Program-made: the position numbers and the translations under genes
Assembly: GCA_964035545.1 (NCBI GenBank)
Contig: OZ037770.1
Location: 14,808,642-14,872,641, forward strand
Length of the DNA: 64,000 nt
Source of the DNA: Bugula neritina
Lineage: Eukaryota; Animalia; Bryozoa
Reading direction: 5' to 3'
Shown here: piece after piece, positions 1 to 12,600 of the stretch
Layout of the letters: every line of letters starts with the position of its first letter
Numbering within the stretch: the stretch's first letter is position 1
The notes under the pieces: generated by a model
Told to the model about the DNA's origin: nothing
The model's input: the letters and a program-made list of their open reading frames with translations, nothing else
Database searches by the model: none

Positions 1-1453
1 GTAATTATATTTATTGATATATCAGTTTTGATAAAGTTGAATTTTTTCTTCGCACAATACAGCTAAGATATGATTGTCAACTAACTTGACCTTGAAACCT
101 CTTCCTGAAACTATTTGGAGGTGTACATTGTCTTCATGACCCATAGGCTGATTAAATCAACACAGTCGTTGTTATCACACTAATAGGCTCGTGATAAACT
201 CCCAGACAGCGTGTTGTCGAGTCTAGCTGATAATAGATAACATATTTAATAACAAAGTGCTTGTGGTAGATGAAGACTAGTAGTTTCCACTTTTACTTAG
301 TTATATACTTTATGTCTGTCTAAGAAAATTATCTCCAATAAAATTTATAGTTACTGGTAATGTTTTAGTTATGTTTATTTCTTAGACTAAAAATAGTTCA
401 CAAAAATACTAGATTTCTTGTTAAAATACACACGTAATAAATATATATTGCATTGCAAGCTGAATTCTGATAAGAAGATATAAGAGTGACTATGGCTATT
501 GGAAATGTATTTATTTTTGTTTCTGCTGGATGCTAGGTAGTTCCTTTATATTCATGTTCCTTTACAATTTGCGTTGGTGCATCATGCAATGTTTACCGCT
601 TTGTCCATTAGATTGCGTAGCTATGCCCACTTCTATTCAGCAATACAAAGCAGTTGTCTTTGATAGAATCTTTGGTAATACGTTGCAACATTATAGCTCA
701 GCATAGTGTGAGCTTATTTCTCCAATATCCAGTTTAGTTTGATGTTTACAAAGTTTTCTATAAAGCTTCATGTAGGCTGATTTTTCATTTTTGTTGAAAA
801 ATTGGTTTACAATGATGTTCTAGAAAGACCTAATCATAATAGTAAGATTAACAATTTCTTTACACATAGTTAATGCTTTTGGTAATACTGTATTGATAGT
901 TGATTTTCAACATTATCGAAATTGAAGAAAGGAAATTCAATATTGATTAAAGTGAAGTGCTAAGTACATATTTGGTTGCCTAGCAACTGCCCTGGGGCTC
1001 TGTTTATATGTATATGGTGTATGGGTTTTTTATGTTATTGTTAGCACAGGTCTAGGGTATTGTTTCTCTGTTTTGCCAAATAATTATGATTATACAGACC
1101 AGTATAATGGCCTTGAAAGTATAACCTTTCAGTCTGCTTTGTTATATAATGTGCCCTTCAACACAGGGTAGTAGTTTATTCAATCTCTGGCTTTGAAACT
1201 AAACCCTTTTTCGTACTGAAACTAATTGGGTCAGTTTACAAAATTTAGTACACACTCAAAACCTTCAGTATTTATTGCTATTTTTCAGAATTTAGCTGCC
1301 AATGTATATGGTTTTTGCTCTAAAGTCTAAACTAATGAAAGTTTAGAAAATACAACTAAATAATGGAGGCTATTTTTAATTTGCTTGATTTCCTATGTTT
1401 CTCCCAATTGTTTAGTTAATTTGAATTAATCTGTAGACTAGAAACCACTCAAT

Positions 1454-4400
1454 ATGAAGATAGACGTAATTTGCGGTGCTAAGATGAGTGACGACGAGGA
1501 GTACGATAAAGCAGCCAATGAGGCGATAGATACTGAGATTATAGCCTATCAGGATGAGGTGGTGACTCACTCAGTTCTAAGTGGGATGAACACCCTCCGT
1601 CAGGCCGGGCAGCTATGTGACTGTGTCCTAAGGGTACTTATCCTACTATATCCTGTTACATAGATGCAACATTCCTTGGTGTTTGCGTAAATATTCATAG
1701 TTATCACAGCATGCCTAACAAACCTTTTCAGTGATGTGTGCTAAAAGGTTTTTTGATATTATAGGCTTCAGTCACTCTGTAGGCTCAAATGAGTTGAACT
1801 TAGGGTTACTGTGAATATAGGCGTGTAATGAGAGATTTGATCTACATGTTGACCCACTCCTAGATAAAAGCTCTGCTTCCATACATATTACTTGTGAAGT
1901 AGCATTGACAAGTACCCTCTTTGTCACGTGATATATCGTAGTACTAACTACTAGCATTAAAATTCTCTAATGAGTCGATGGCTATCAGCATTGCAAGCTG
2001 TTTAGGTCAAACTTTCAGTTCATTGCCTTCGAAATGACTTAGCTCTGACCGGTCTAAATCACTTGGACTTTGCCCCTTCGGCACTGTGTTTACATTATCT
2101 ACTTGTTTACATTTTAATTCACTTTCTATTGATTTCACAACAGCTAATATGATAATAGAGTTTATTTGACTCTAATCTACAGCCTCTCTGCTAAATCTAA
2201 GCTACTCCAACACTGGAACACAGTGTGGTGTGTTTAGACTTTAGTGACCAACTGATGTCACTTCCTGATTGTAGGTGGGTAAGAAGTTGGCCGAGTTTAC
2301 CGCCCATCAGGCCGTCTTAGCCTCCGTTAGTCCGTACTTCATGTCCATGTTCGAGCAGGACCCTAGAACCGAGGCTAGGAAGTATTACAACGTGAAGGAG
2401 GCAACTCCCGAAGTGTTTGAGATATTGTTGAACTACGCATACACTGGGAGGTGAGGATTTCTCTCATTGACTTAGTTTGAGTTCCACATTTTTATATTTA
2501 CTGATGGCATGTCTAAAGTTGTCTCCCCATCTGCATTCTTTAGACTAAATATCTCTCTGAGAAACATGAGGGACGTGTACCAGACGGCCTGCCAATTGAA
2601 GTTCCACAAAGTGGCCCAGTACTGCTCAGACCACCTGATGGAACACATTTCTGTGTCCAACTGCGTAGGTAAGAACTAGGGGCTGTGTAGAAACTAGGGG
2701 TGTGTACAGCTCTGTGGGAACTAGGGGTGTATAGTTGGAGCTAGTGAGAGCTAGGGGTGTATAGTTGGAGCTAGTGAGAGCACTGGCTGCTATGTTTACA
2801 TTACTCAACTTGTTATCAAATTCCTCACACATCCTGCGTGATGAAAGCTCAGTGCATCACGTACCTTATGGGTCAAATACTCTGTTGTTGAAGATTTGAG
2901 ATCTAAAAATATCTCTATTCAACAATTAAGAAAAACAACTACATATATCCCGTAGTTAATTCAATGTTAGCCATGTTCTAGTTTGCTGTATTCAGGGATC
3001 TCAGGCTATTTATTAGATATCCAGAAGCTAAATTACATGATTTAGCTGAACTTTATCAGTCAATGTGCAGTTCAATCCCTTCTCCAGTCTATTCTTAAGC
3101 CCATAACACACTACAGTCGAAACGCGACTGTGGCGGCCATTTTGGAGCTGCTTGCGCATGCCTTCAACGTCACGTCCTACTTTTTGCTGGTCACACTACA
3201 GTTCACTACGAACGATGAAAGCTAACTGTCTCTAGTCTCGCAGTAAACTTTTAAACCAATAGGAATGCCATAAACCAGTTTCTGCAGTATCCACAGTAAC
3301 CAACAATTAATCTTAGCGCAATTTTTTGAGATTTACTAGCATAATTTAATAAGATTTTCTAGTTATTTTTATTCTAATTTACTAGCTTCAATTATTCAAA
3401 ATTACTAGCTTTATTTAATGATATTACTTAGCTTTATTCAAGCTCATTCACTAGCCTAAAGAACTAAATAGTTATAGTACGCTAATAAAATTCAACCAAA
3501 TTAGAAAAACTAAATATGCAGATAAAATTTAGCAAAATCTATCTAATGAATACTTATTTTCATGATTTATTGAAACTTTCATACATAACTTCATCATAAT
3601 TATTTTAAAAGTAAATTAATATAATTTTCGAAGAACCAAATCAAATAATAATGCTCGCTAGTAGCACGTGGAAAAAGTAAAAGCACTTAACCAATCAGGG
3701 TTTACCTGGCCAGTCAGTGATTGGCTGATCGCTCAACTTCAGCGATGACAGTTGAACATGTTGAACTTTCATCGCATCGCGAAAAACTGACAGTTGCGTT
3801 CAGTTGTGACGTCACAGAGGTCAACGCTTAGCCTCGAAAACGCGTTCAAGATGGCCGTTTTGACTGTAGTGTGGCAGCCCCATCAGACTTCTGGAATTCA
3901 TTGCCCCCCACACACACATGCTTTATGTAGGTTGATTACATAATAATGCTAATCCTGTTACATAATCTATTCCTGTATTGCATATCAATGATCTCTACTA
4001 ATTCCTAAAGATGTATTGCAGATCTAAGAAACTTTGTTGGCAATAATCCAAACCTAATGGCCAAAACCAACGACTTTATCCAAGCAAATATGGCAGCAGT
4101 GAAGATGACCAAGTCTTTCATGACCCTCCCACAGATTAATATTAAACTAATAGGTGGGTTTCATTTAATTCTCTATAGTTTTTCCACACTAAGATAGTTT
4201 TTGCTTTAGCTAATATCCATTATATATGTGTAAGTATATAGGAGTAAGTATACAGTACTGAGTATATATGTGTAAGTATATAGGGGTAAATATACAGTAC
4301 TGAGTATATATGAGTAAGTATATAGGAGTAAGTATACAGTACTGAGTATATATGTGTAAGTATATAGGAGTAAGTATACAGTACTGAGTATATATGTGTA

Positions 4401-7400
4401 AGTATATAGGAGTAAATGTTTAGCAATATCTATTCAGTAAGTATATAGGAGTAAATACTAAATATTTAGCGGTAGGTATATAGTAAGTAATAAGCATGTC
4501 TATAAATAAATACATAATAATAAGTTGCTAAAATAATTTTTTTAATTATTTATGTTTTTTTCTATATAAATTTCTCATTTAACGTAGAAAGAGTTTGCAA
4601 TAAACTATATTTTTCCAGCATTCCAGTCAGGTATGTTTTACTTATGGAATTCTATAAGTTGTATTTATATTTTAGAGTTATATTCTCTTTTAATTTAAAA
4701 CTTTTCTAAGGCATGCCATCGCACTAACTAGAAGTATATCCACCTTTTAATCCTGATATAATGGAGTAGTTATTATAATATAGGGCACATAGATAATGCC
4801 AGTAGATATCAATGTATCAGTAAGCTGAAGGGTTTAGCTAAGGATCCATGATAGAGATTCCGGTGAGGGGCGCCCAATGACTGCACCAGTCTCTGGGCTG
4901 GATGGGGCATTAGATTATGTCAAGTCTCTACTTCAGGCTACAGTCGTGGGGCCGACGGAACACCCGAGTCACACACAGTAGCCAAGCTCATCTCTGATTG
5001 GTTGCTGCTTGCAAATATTCAAGATGGCGAGACCGCAACAAGACCTGAACAAAAATTCAGTGGCAGCGCGAGTCTGGCAGCAGTGGATGCACCGGTGCTG
5101 ACGCAGCATGTAATCATTATATCCTATCATTTGACTCCTCTCACCTCCCTCCTCCGTCACTCCTCCCTCCTCCCCCTCCGTCACTCCTCCCTCCTCCCCC
5201 TCCGTCACTCCTCAGTCTCTCCGACTTGTCTCTCTTATACTCTTCTACTATGCTTTATCGACCTTCACCTTGCTCCATCGACTGACGTGTATTGACCTTG
5301 ACTTCCGCCCATGACTTGTTTCCTGTCAAAGCTTCAGCACACTTTATCACCGTTCGCTGCGTCTCTCACTACTGCATGCTATGTCATAGCTTTCAATTTT
5401 ATTTTTGATGTGCGTTTCTGTTATTTGTTGAGCTCTTTCCCGTCGTTTGTTTTTTGTGCTGATCTTAGCTGTTTGTTTACAGGAGAATGTGCTGTTTCTG
5501 GACGCTGACAACCACCTGCTAGACGTGTCAAATATGGACGAAGACGTTTGCAAGACGGACATAGTGCAGGACTATGTGAAAGCGTGCAAGAAGTACAGTA
5601 GAATACACAAGGTATGTATAACACTTGTCTATGCGTCTGTCTGTTGTGTTGGTTATGTATCAATATAATTATGTTGTCTTTGGGACTTTTGGGCTACAGA
5701 ATATTTGTCCCAAGGATATTTAGGCTATACAAGTTATTGCCCAGAATACTTATTTGTTTGTAATTGATTTTGCCATTTGCTCCACAAATGAATATCACAA
5801 ACATTCTACCAGCTACTTGGGGGAGGGGGTCTAAACTTCCACTGAAAGTTGCTGTATATTTCAGACTGCCGACACTCGTAATGGTGATGATGACAGCGTA
5901 TTGATTGTGGCCCACGAAAAAGTGCACGGTATGTAGTTTATCTCTGCCATGTTTCAATAACTGCCCAAACTTTTTGTCAGTAGTAAATGTTGAAAAAGCT
6001 CAACATTCTGGACCAATGCGTATGTTCTGTAGCATTTAGTAGAGTGTGACTCTTCAACGCTGTGTCTATCATGTAATATCTTGCTTCAGAGAGCCTATAC
6101 AGCGTCATGCTTAGCCTGCACGGCTCTCTCAGTCACGTTTCTGTGAGGATGCACACATTGTCGGGTGGTAGTAGATACGCCTCCGTAGAGTCTGGGCTAA
6201 ATAGACACAGTTCTGTCAACTCTAGCTCCTCCAACAGCTCTGGTGAAGAAGACGATAAATGTAATGGTATGTGTTTTGTTTTCTATAGCTAGAGTTATGT
6301 GTGTATTCTAGTATAGTTCTACTACTCTGTATATTCTACCATAGTTCTACTACTCTGTGTATTCTAGTATAGTTCTACTACTCTGTATATTCTACTATAG
6401 CTCTACTACTCTGTATATTCTAGTATAGTTCTACTACTCTGTATTATTCTACTATAGTTCTACTACTCTGTATTATTCTACTATAGTTCTACTACTCTGT
6501 ATTATTCTAGTATAGTTCTACTACTCTGTGTATTCTACCATAGTTCTACTACTCTGTACATTCTACCATAGTTCTACTCTGTGTATTCTACTATAGATCT
6601 AGTACTCTGTATATTCTACTATAGTTCTACTACTCTGTGTATTCTAGGGCTGGACCACTACTACCAAAGCACTCTGAGTAGTTTTGATCTGTTGGCGGAG
6701 ATGGACAACTCCAGGTGTGGTGTTGGACTGACTGCGTGGAACGGAAAACTGATAGCTGTTGGTGAGTAGCTGTAGTAGTTACTGTACACACTACATGTAG
6801 TTGTAGTAGTTACTGTACACACTACATGTAGCTGTAGTAGTTACTGTACACACTACATGTAGTTGTAGTAGTTACTGTACACACTACATGTAGCTGCAGT
6901 AGTTACTGTATATCCTACACCCTGTAGGAGGGAATGACAGAGGAGAATGTCTGGAGACGGTGGAAGTGTATGACTCAGAGGTGAACAGTTGGTCTAGTCT
7001 CCCCTCCATGAGCTGCGCCAGAGGGAGGTTCGACTGCGCCGTGCTGGCCGGTCACCTCTACGCCTGCGGCGGTTCAGATGGCAGGAAAGAGCTGGACAGT
7101 GTGGAGAAGTTTGACGGTCAGAAGTGGTCTCTGGTAGCCAAGATGTCTTCTTCTAAGGTCGGCCGACAGTTTCGCTGCCTGACGAGTTAAAGTCAGCACT
7201 CTCTCAGGTGAACTGTGAGATATAATCTGGTGTTTGTATTTGCAGTCGTCGGTGGGTGTGGGCGTCCTCAACAACAAGCTGTACGTCGTCGGCGGTTACA
7301 ACGGGCAGAGGGCTCTGAGAAACTGCGAGGTCTATTCGGATCAGACGAAGAGCTGGTCTCTTGCCGCTAAGATGAATGAAGGTATAAGGTTACTCTATCT

Positions 7401-8475
7401 CTGTGTGTCTAGTCTGTGGCATTTCTGGTAACACTTTGTAGTTTTATCTGTTTTACCTTTGAAGTGTGCTCTTTAATAACTTGAGACACATTTGTGTTGA
7501 GCTAAAAACTTGAAAACAAAAACCTCACGGATGTTTCTGAAATATAAACAAATATCTGATGTGTGCGAGGTACTATGTATGACCTGTTTGCAGGGAGATC
7601 CCAAGCCGCCGTGTGCAGTGTGGATGGTTTACTGTATGTGTTTGGAGGGACGGACTCATGGAATTGTTTCTCCTCTGTGGAGGTGTATAACCCCGCCACC
7701 AACCACTGGTCTTTCGTGGCCTCCATGTCACAGGCTAGGAGGGGGGCTACAGCTACGGTTTATAATGGTAGGTGAAGTCTTGTTTTTAGACTATATCTTG
7801 CAGGTAAAGTGTACGTAGATGCTTGATTATATCTTACAGGTAAAGTGTGTAGATGCTAGACTATATATTGCAGGTAAAGTGTGTACATGCTGGATTATAT
7901 ATTGCAGGTAAAGTGTGTACATGCTAGACTATATCTTGCAGGTAAAGTGTGTACATGCTAGACTATATATTGCAGGTAAAGTCTACGTGGCAGGTGGGAG
8001 TGACGGATCCAAGTCTCTGGACTCTGTAGAAGTCTACGATTATTCTACCAACACGTGGACACCCGGACCCTCTCTCCAGGTTCCACGGGCTAACGCTGGA
8101 CTCGCTGTGCTAGCCGGACGTCTGTATATTGTCGGGGGCTACGAAAGTATGTACTCCGCTCTATGCAACCTGTTTTCTATGTCTACATGTTGTATTGTTG
8201 AAGATAATGTAGCCATTAGTTGGTGAAAGTTACGAAATTTTATTAGGGAAATATTCTGTAGTTACTAGAAATGCTCTGATTCTAAAGCGCAATTATCATT
8301 TACGTTATTTTTTATACCCTCTTTCCCCTTATTTATCCACTCATCATCTATCTCCCCTACAGAGAACAGTTTCCTGGCTAGTATGGAGGTGCTGGAAGGG
8401 GACGTCGACAGTAAATGGTGCTCATATCACAAGAACACAGTCTTAAGTTCATCCGAATCGGATCCAGATCAATAA
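1454..8475 (+). CDS. IVNS1ABP: Influenza virus NS1A-binding protein homolog (BTB-BACK-Kelch), 14 coding exons
   Basis: Exons 1454-1633, 2275-2450, 2544-2668, 4022-4153, 4937-5109, 5483-5611, 5865-5928, 6090-6266, 6648-6761, 6928-7157, 7246-7381, 7594-7767, 7976-8146, 8363-8475, all GT-AG and phase-compatible. BTB motifs: LRQAGQLCDCVLRV, AHQAVLASVSPYF, LLNYAYTG. NS1-BP-like linker ENVLFLDADNHLLD. Kelch repeats GKLIAVGGNDRGECLETVEVY and GGTDSWNCFSSVEVYNPATNHWSFVASMSQARRGA closely match vertebrate IVNS1ABP as I recall it. Confidence 0.9.
2675..2782. repeat. 30-bp minisatellite (CTAGGGGTGTATAGTTGGAGCTAGTGAGAG) just after an intron donor
   Basis: Two exact copies at about 2721-2780 plus degenerate CTAGGGG copies upstream, starting 6 nt after the donor at 2669. 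Confidence 0.8.
3098..3882. mobile_element. Non-autonomous DNA transposon/MITE, PIF-Harbinger-like ends, in an IVNS1ABP intron
   Basis: TIR CACACTACAGTCGAAACG (3107-3124) vs CGTTTTGACTGTAGTGTG (3856-3873), 17/18 complementary. Subterminal GGCCAT(T/C)TTG on both arms, AT-rich non-coding core, flanks TTA/TCA (imperfect TWA-type TSD). Confidence 0.65.
4220..4460. repeat. Minisatellite, about 42-bp unit (TATATATGTGTAAGTATATAGGAGTAAGTATACAGTACTGAG)
   Basis: About 4.5 tandem copies visible directly; produces the spurious YSYILTHIYSVL ORF. Confidence 0.9.
5140..5215. repeat. 24-bp pyrimidine-rich tandem repeat (CTCCGTCACTCCTCCCTCCTCCCC)
   Basis: About 3 copies shortly after the donor at 5110. Confidence 0.85.
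6298..6647. repeat. About 28-bp minisatellite (GTATATTCTAGTATAGTTCTACTACTCT) filling the intron up to the acceptor
   Basis: About 12 copies; the last copy supplies the real acceptor GTGTATTCTAG at 6647. Confidence 0.9.
6766..6910. repeat. 31-bp minisatellite (GTAGCTGTAGTAGTTACTGTACACACTACAT)
   Basis: About 4.5 copies starting within the donor GTGAGTAGCTG; fills most of the intron. Confidence 0.9.
7789..7985 (+). repeat. 34-bp tandem repeat containing the splice acceptor and first exon bases (GACTATATATTGCAG|GTAAAGTGTGTACATGCTA)
   Basis: Six CAG|GTAAAG sites ending at 7803, 7839, 7873, 7907, 7941 and 7975; only the last is followed by Kelch coding sequence. Confidence 0.9.
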
Positions 8476-9633
8476 CTATTCCTATTTATTCATTTTCACA
8501 TCAATAGTATATATTAATTCATATTATAACGAAATATATTATTCTTAAAGTAAATTATGTCATCACATAGTAATGTGTAACTTATGGATATGTTGCATAT
8601 ACATGGAGTTATCAGATTGTCGTAGTGTTTGATGGTATTATATAATAATACGATATAATAATACTAAGTATCATGTTATGGCAGCATGTCGTACTAACTA
8701 CCAGTGTCTAATGGTAATACTGTAAATAGAAATGTTATACGTCTTATATGTCAAATAAGCGCTGTGTATTCAATATATAGCCTTTTACTTTTAAGTCCAA
8801 CAATGTTTAGTCAAAGAAAGTCAAATACTTGCATCATATTTTGTTTTAAAGTAGACTAGATTTGCTATCTAATGGTACAAAGAAATGGCTAATTTTTTAT
8901 TAGCAACTTATAAGACTTGATCAATTGATTTTCATGGAAAATTTGAATAGGTTTTATTCATTATTGGATACAGATATTATAATATTGAAAGTTATATTTT
9001 GTATACTGGGAACCTTTTTCTCTATTATATAATTACGTATGTGCATACAATAAATTTAGATTTGAAACATAAAATAAGGTTTATTCTTTGTTTATGGATT
9101 AATTTCTGCAACTTGAGTGTTTACAGTTGATGTTTGTTGCAACAGGCTCTGCAGCTGTACATTTATTGGTTGTATAAAGCAAATGTCATTAGAAATGTAA
9201 CAATAGCTCAGCCTACACAACGTTACTTGATTAATATTGAAATATTTTATTTGCATAATTGAAACTATTAGTTAAGGTGATACACACAATATTAGCAAAA
9301 CGCTGCCAACATTATCCTAAAGTTAGTACAGAAAAATTATTTCCAAAGAATAAACAAAATATGAGCTTGAGGGTCAACATATAAAGCCTTCAGTAAGTCT
9401 ATTTAGTAACATAAAACTATATAATATAATATATGTATGGTGATATGTAATTTTATATATATATATATATATATAATACAGTATATATACGTAGCATAAA
9501 ATCAAGGCTATGAGCAAAATATTACCAAAAAGCTGGTAAAAATTTCCATTGTTTTCTGCAGTTCATCAAAATTCTTCAAGCGCCTCTTTTTCACAACTTG
9601 TTTGTATTTAGAGGAAGTGACATCATCACGCAA

Positions 9634-12600
9634 CTAACAGGCGTATACTTTCACTGGGTCTACATTGACATTCCACACTCCGCCATGATTCCATGGGTAA
9701 GCTCGGGCACCAATGCGGATCTGTAAAAAAAAAGAAAGTTGGAACTGCTGTATGCCCTACAGGAAGCCAAAAAGTCATTTTTTGATTCTATATTGCGAAG
9801 GTTTTAAGTCATTTGCAGAGTAAAATCTTTGCATTGGTTCATACTGATTATATATGCTAAAATCTTTAAATGCATAGTGAAGCATCAAAAATAGTACGTT
9901 ATACTTGATACATTTTACAGTGAATAAATTACTATCTAGCTTGAACTTTTTTTATTAAGAATTAAAACTTGTAGAATTAAAGGGAGACATAATTAATTAA
10001 CTGAATTCTAAATTAGTTAGTAATCAATATGAAATGTAAGAAAGTGCAACTCCTAATTAGATGAACCTAAATACAAAGTTTGCAAAAATATCCTTCTAAA
10101 TAGTATGTCTTCAGTCTTTAGAATTAGATAGTTTAATACAACAGGTATATCATAATCTTTCTAAGACTGGCAACTATTTTATAATGTAATATAAATAGAT
10201 GTTTTGCAGTTTTCACCTCAAGAGCACCTAATTGAAGCACATTTCACATTCTGCGATAGCTGGATCTGCTAAATATACTTTGCATAAAGATATGTTTGAA
10301 TTTAAAAAGCATTACATAAGATAATTATAAACACTTTTTACCAGTAATTTTTAATTGCGGTTTTGCAAAATATGCTTTTAAAGCATACAAACTTAAAAAA
10401 TGGCTAAAATAGTAACTCCCATGCAAATACTCTTTATGATATAAAAAGGTCTATAGTATATAGCAGAAGACCTGGAACATGCACACAATACCAACACTAT
10501 TTAAATTAATACTCACTTGTGTTAGTGTGTTGCGAGTTTCAAACTTCAGTGAAATTGGAAACCAAACCGGAGAATTTCTGTAAAAATGGTTTACAGATAA
10601 ATTGAAACTCATTTGTAACAGGAGCACATGCCAAAAGCTGTTAGTATACCTGTTGCTACATTACAGAGTACCATTATCAATATCATATAGAGGACATTTA
10701 TTTAGAAAAAACAGTTATTATGCTGAATGACCTTTGACTTTTTGATACAAAATTTAATATCAAGATGAGGCTATCCTCTTAGAACTTACTCAACTATTGT
10801 TCTAGTAAATAGCATTATTACCAAACTTAGTATATTGATAAGTAATGGTATAAAACAATTTTGTTATACAAAAAATCTGTGGGTTTGACTGAAGATTATT
10901 CAGTAACCAGCTTACCCCTCTGAGTAGTAAACCTTGTAGATTTCCCATCTTCTGCTATCGGAGCTTGTTTCAATGTAGAGGGCGCCATTGTTGAGATTAT
11001 AGTTTAGAGATAGACACCAGAAGTTGCCTCCACTTCGTAGACTCAGTTCTGGTGACACCATACCAGCGTACTGTCTACTTCCCTACATCATTGACAGAAC
11101 TCAGGTTATTATCTAATTTTATTGTGATAGGCTGTAAGGAGTCGTTTGCTTTCTAGTAAATACTTACAATGCCAGAGGCTCTCAGTCTATAGCCATTCTT
11201 TGGGATGTCAAACAGCATGTCTGGTTCGGCACCTCGATCAGGCATCCAGTTGATAGGGAATCTGTGATTGGTGAATGGAGGAACTTTGTCTCCTGCCGTC
11301 TGATAGATATCTCCACCCACTACCTTCTCGCACCTGCCGCTAGATCCGGTGTAAGTGTCCATGCACTCACACGCTCCCGTTTGCGTGTTGCAGATGGAAT
11401 TGGGAATCCTGAGACAAGCCCTAGATCCTTGAGTCTGGCAGTTACAGTTCTGGTTGAGACGGGTGCACTCTAAAGAATAGAAATTTTTCATACAAGTTTA
11501 AACTCACACAGCTATAGAAATTACATACTTAAAGCAGTACTATATAAATTACTATTTGACAAAAAATAATGTCAATTTAAAAGTTATAGTTTTCAACTCA
11601 ATCATGTGACTAAAAAATTATATACATATACAAATTGCATTTAGATTACTCAACGTTCTCTTCAACTGAAACTGAAAGAGCAAAAGTTAAGCCTGTTCTA
11701 TGATTTATATTCTAGATTATTCTAAATGTTTCAAGTCAGCAGATGAAATAAAATAGAGTACTTGTAACAACCTACCTATTGGTCTAACTGTAGTCGTCGT
11801 GATAGGGCGCTGAGTAGTGATTGGTCTTGGGGTAGTGACTGGACCTACAATGGGTTAAAACACTTCTTTTTAGAACCGAGAGCAAGGCTATTGTTCTAGA
11901 AGTTTCAAAGAAAAGGTTTTTTATTGTAGCCAGTTAATAGGTCAGGTTTTGGTGCTACAAAAACTTATTTTGCAGCATACATTTCTTTAAAATAGTATAA
12001 ACGATATTTTTGTTGCAGCTTTATACCTTTTCTTTCAAACCAAACAACTCTTTAATAGTTGTTGAATAAATTAAGTTTTGTTTGCAATTGGGTGGCTTAA
12101 AATTGTTTAGAGGAAGGATTAGCTGACCTGAGTTGCAGATGACTGTTGGGTTGTTGTTGTCCTTATCATCATTTGAGCAGTAACACTGGCAGTCCTTCCC
12201 TCTGTACGAACCCGCAGGGCACCAGTCAGCTGTGTTACACACACCTGCAAGGAAGTGTCAAAGGTTATAACAAACAATCAACTAACAAAGAGACTTATAT
12301 TGGCATAGTGTACTTTAGAGTTAAGAAAATATACAGGCAAAATGAATTTAATTTGAATACAAAAATGATTTTGTGAGTGCTATCTTAAATCATTAACATT
12401 TATAATTATAATAGTTTTAATGCTTTCAGTTAGGAAAAGACAATTGCAAGCCATATGAAACATCAAATATAAAATTATACTTACTATCACATTTGTAGAG
12501 CTTGTGTAGAATGTAGAGATCAAGGAAAGAGAATGTGGGACCTCTGCCAATGATGTCTAAGAACTTTGGATTCTTTGTAGTGATTGTATCTCTTCGATTG

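Noticed and set aside
157-220. Imperfect hairpin (CAACAC...TTATCAC/GTGATAA...GTGTTG) as a pre-miRNA
   Set aside because: Pairing is short and interrupted, compatible with chance in AT-rich DNA.
4220-4426. Repetitive ORFs here and at 41570-41731, 43740-43950, 46301-46625 and 51121-51402
   Set aside because: Translations of mini- or microsatellites or intron read-through, not proteins.
6298-6910. Regularly spaced repeats superficially like CRISPR arrays
   Set aside because: Head-to-tail units without unique spacers, inside spliceosomal introns of a eukaryotic gene, with no cas genes.
8473-8480. Stop-codon readthrough in a Kelch gene (TAA CTA), by analogy with Drosophila kelch
   Set aside because: The stop is UAA rather than the leaky UGA-CUAG, and the downstream sequence is AT-rich UTR with no extended ORF.
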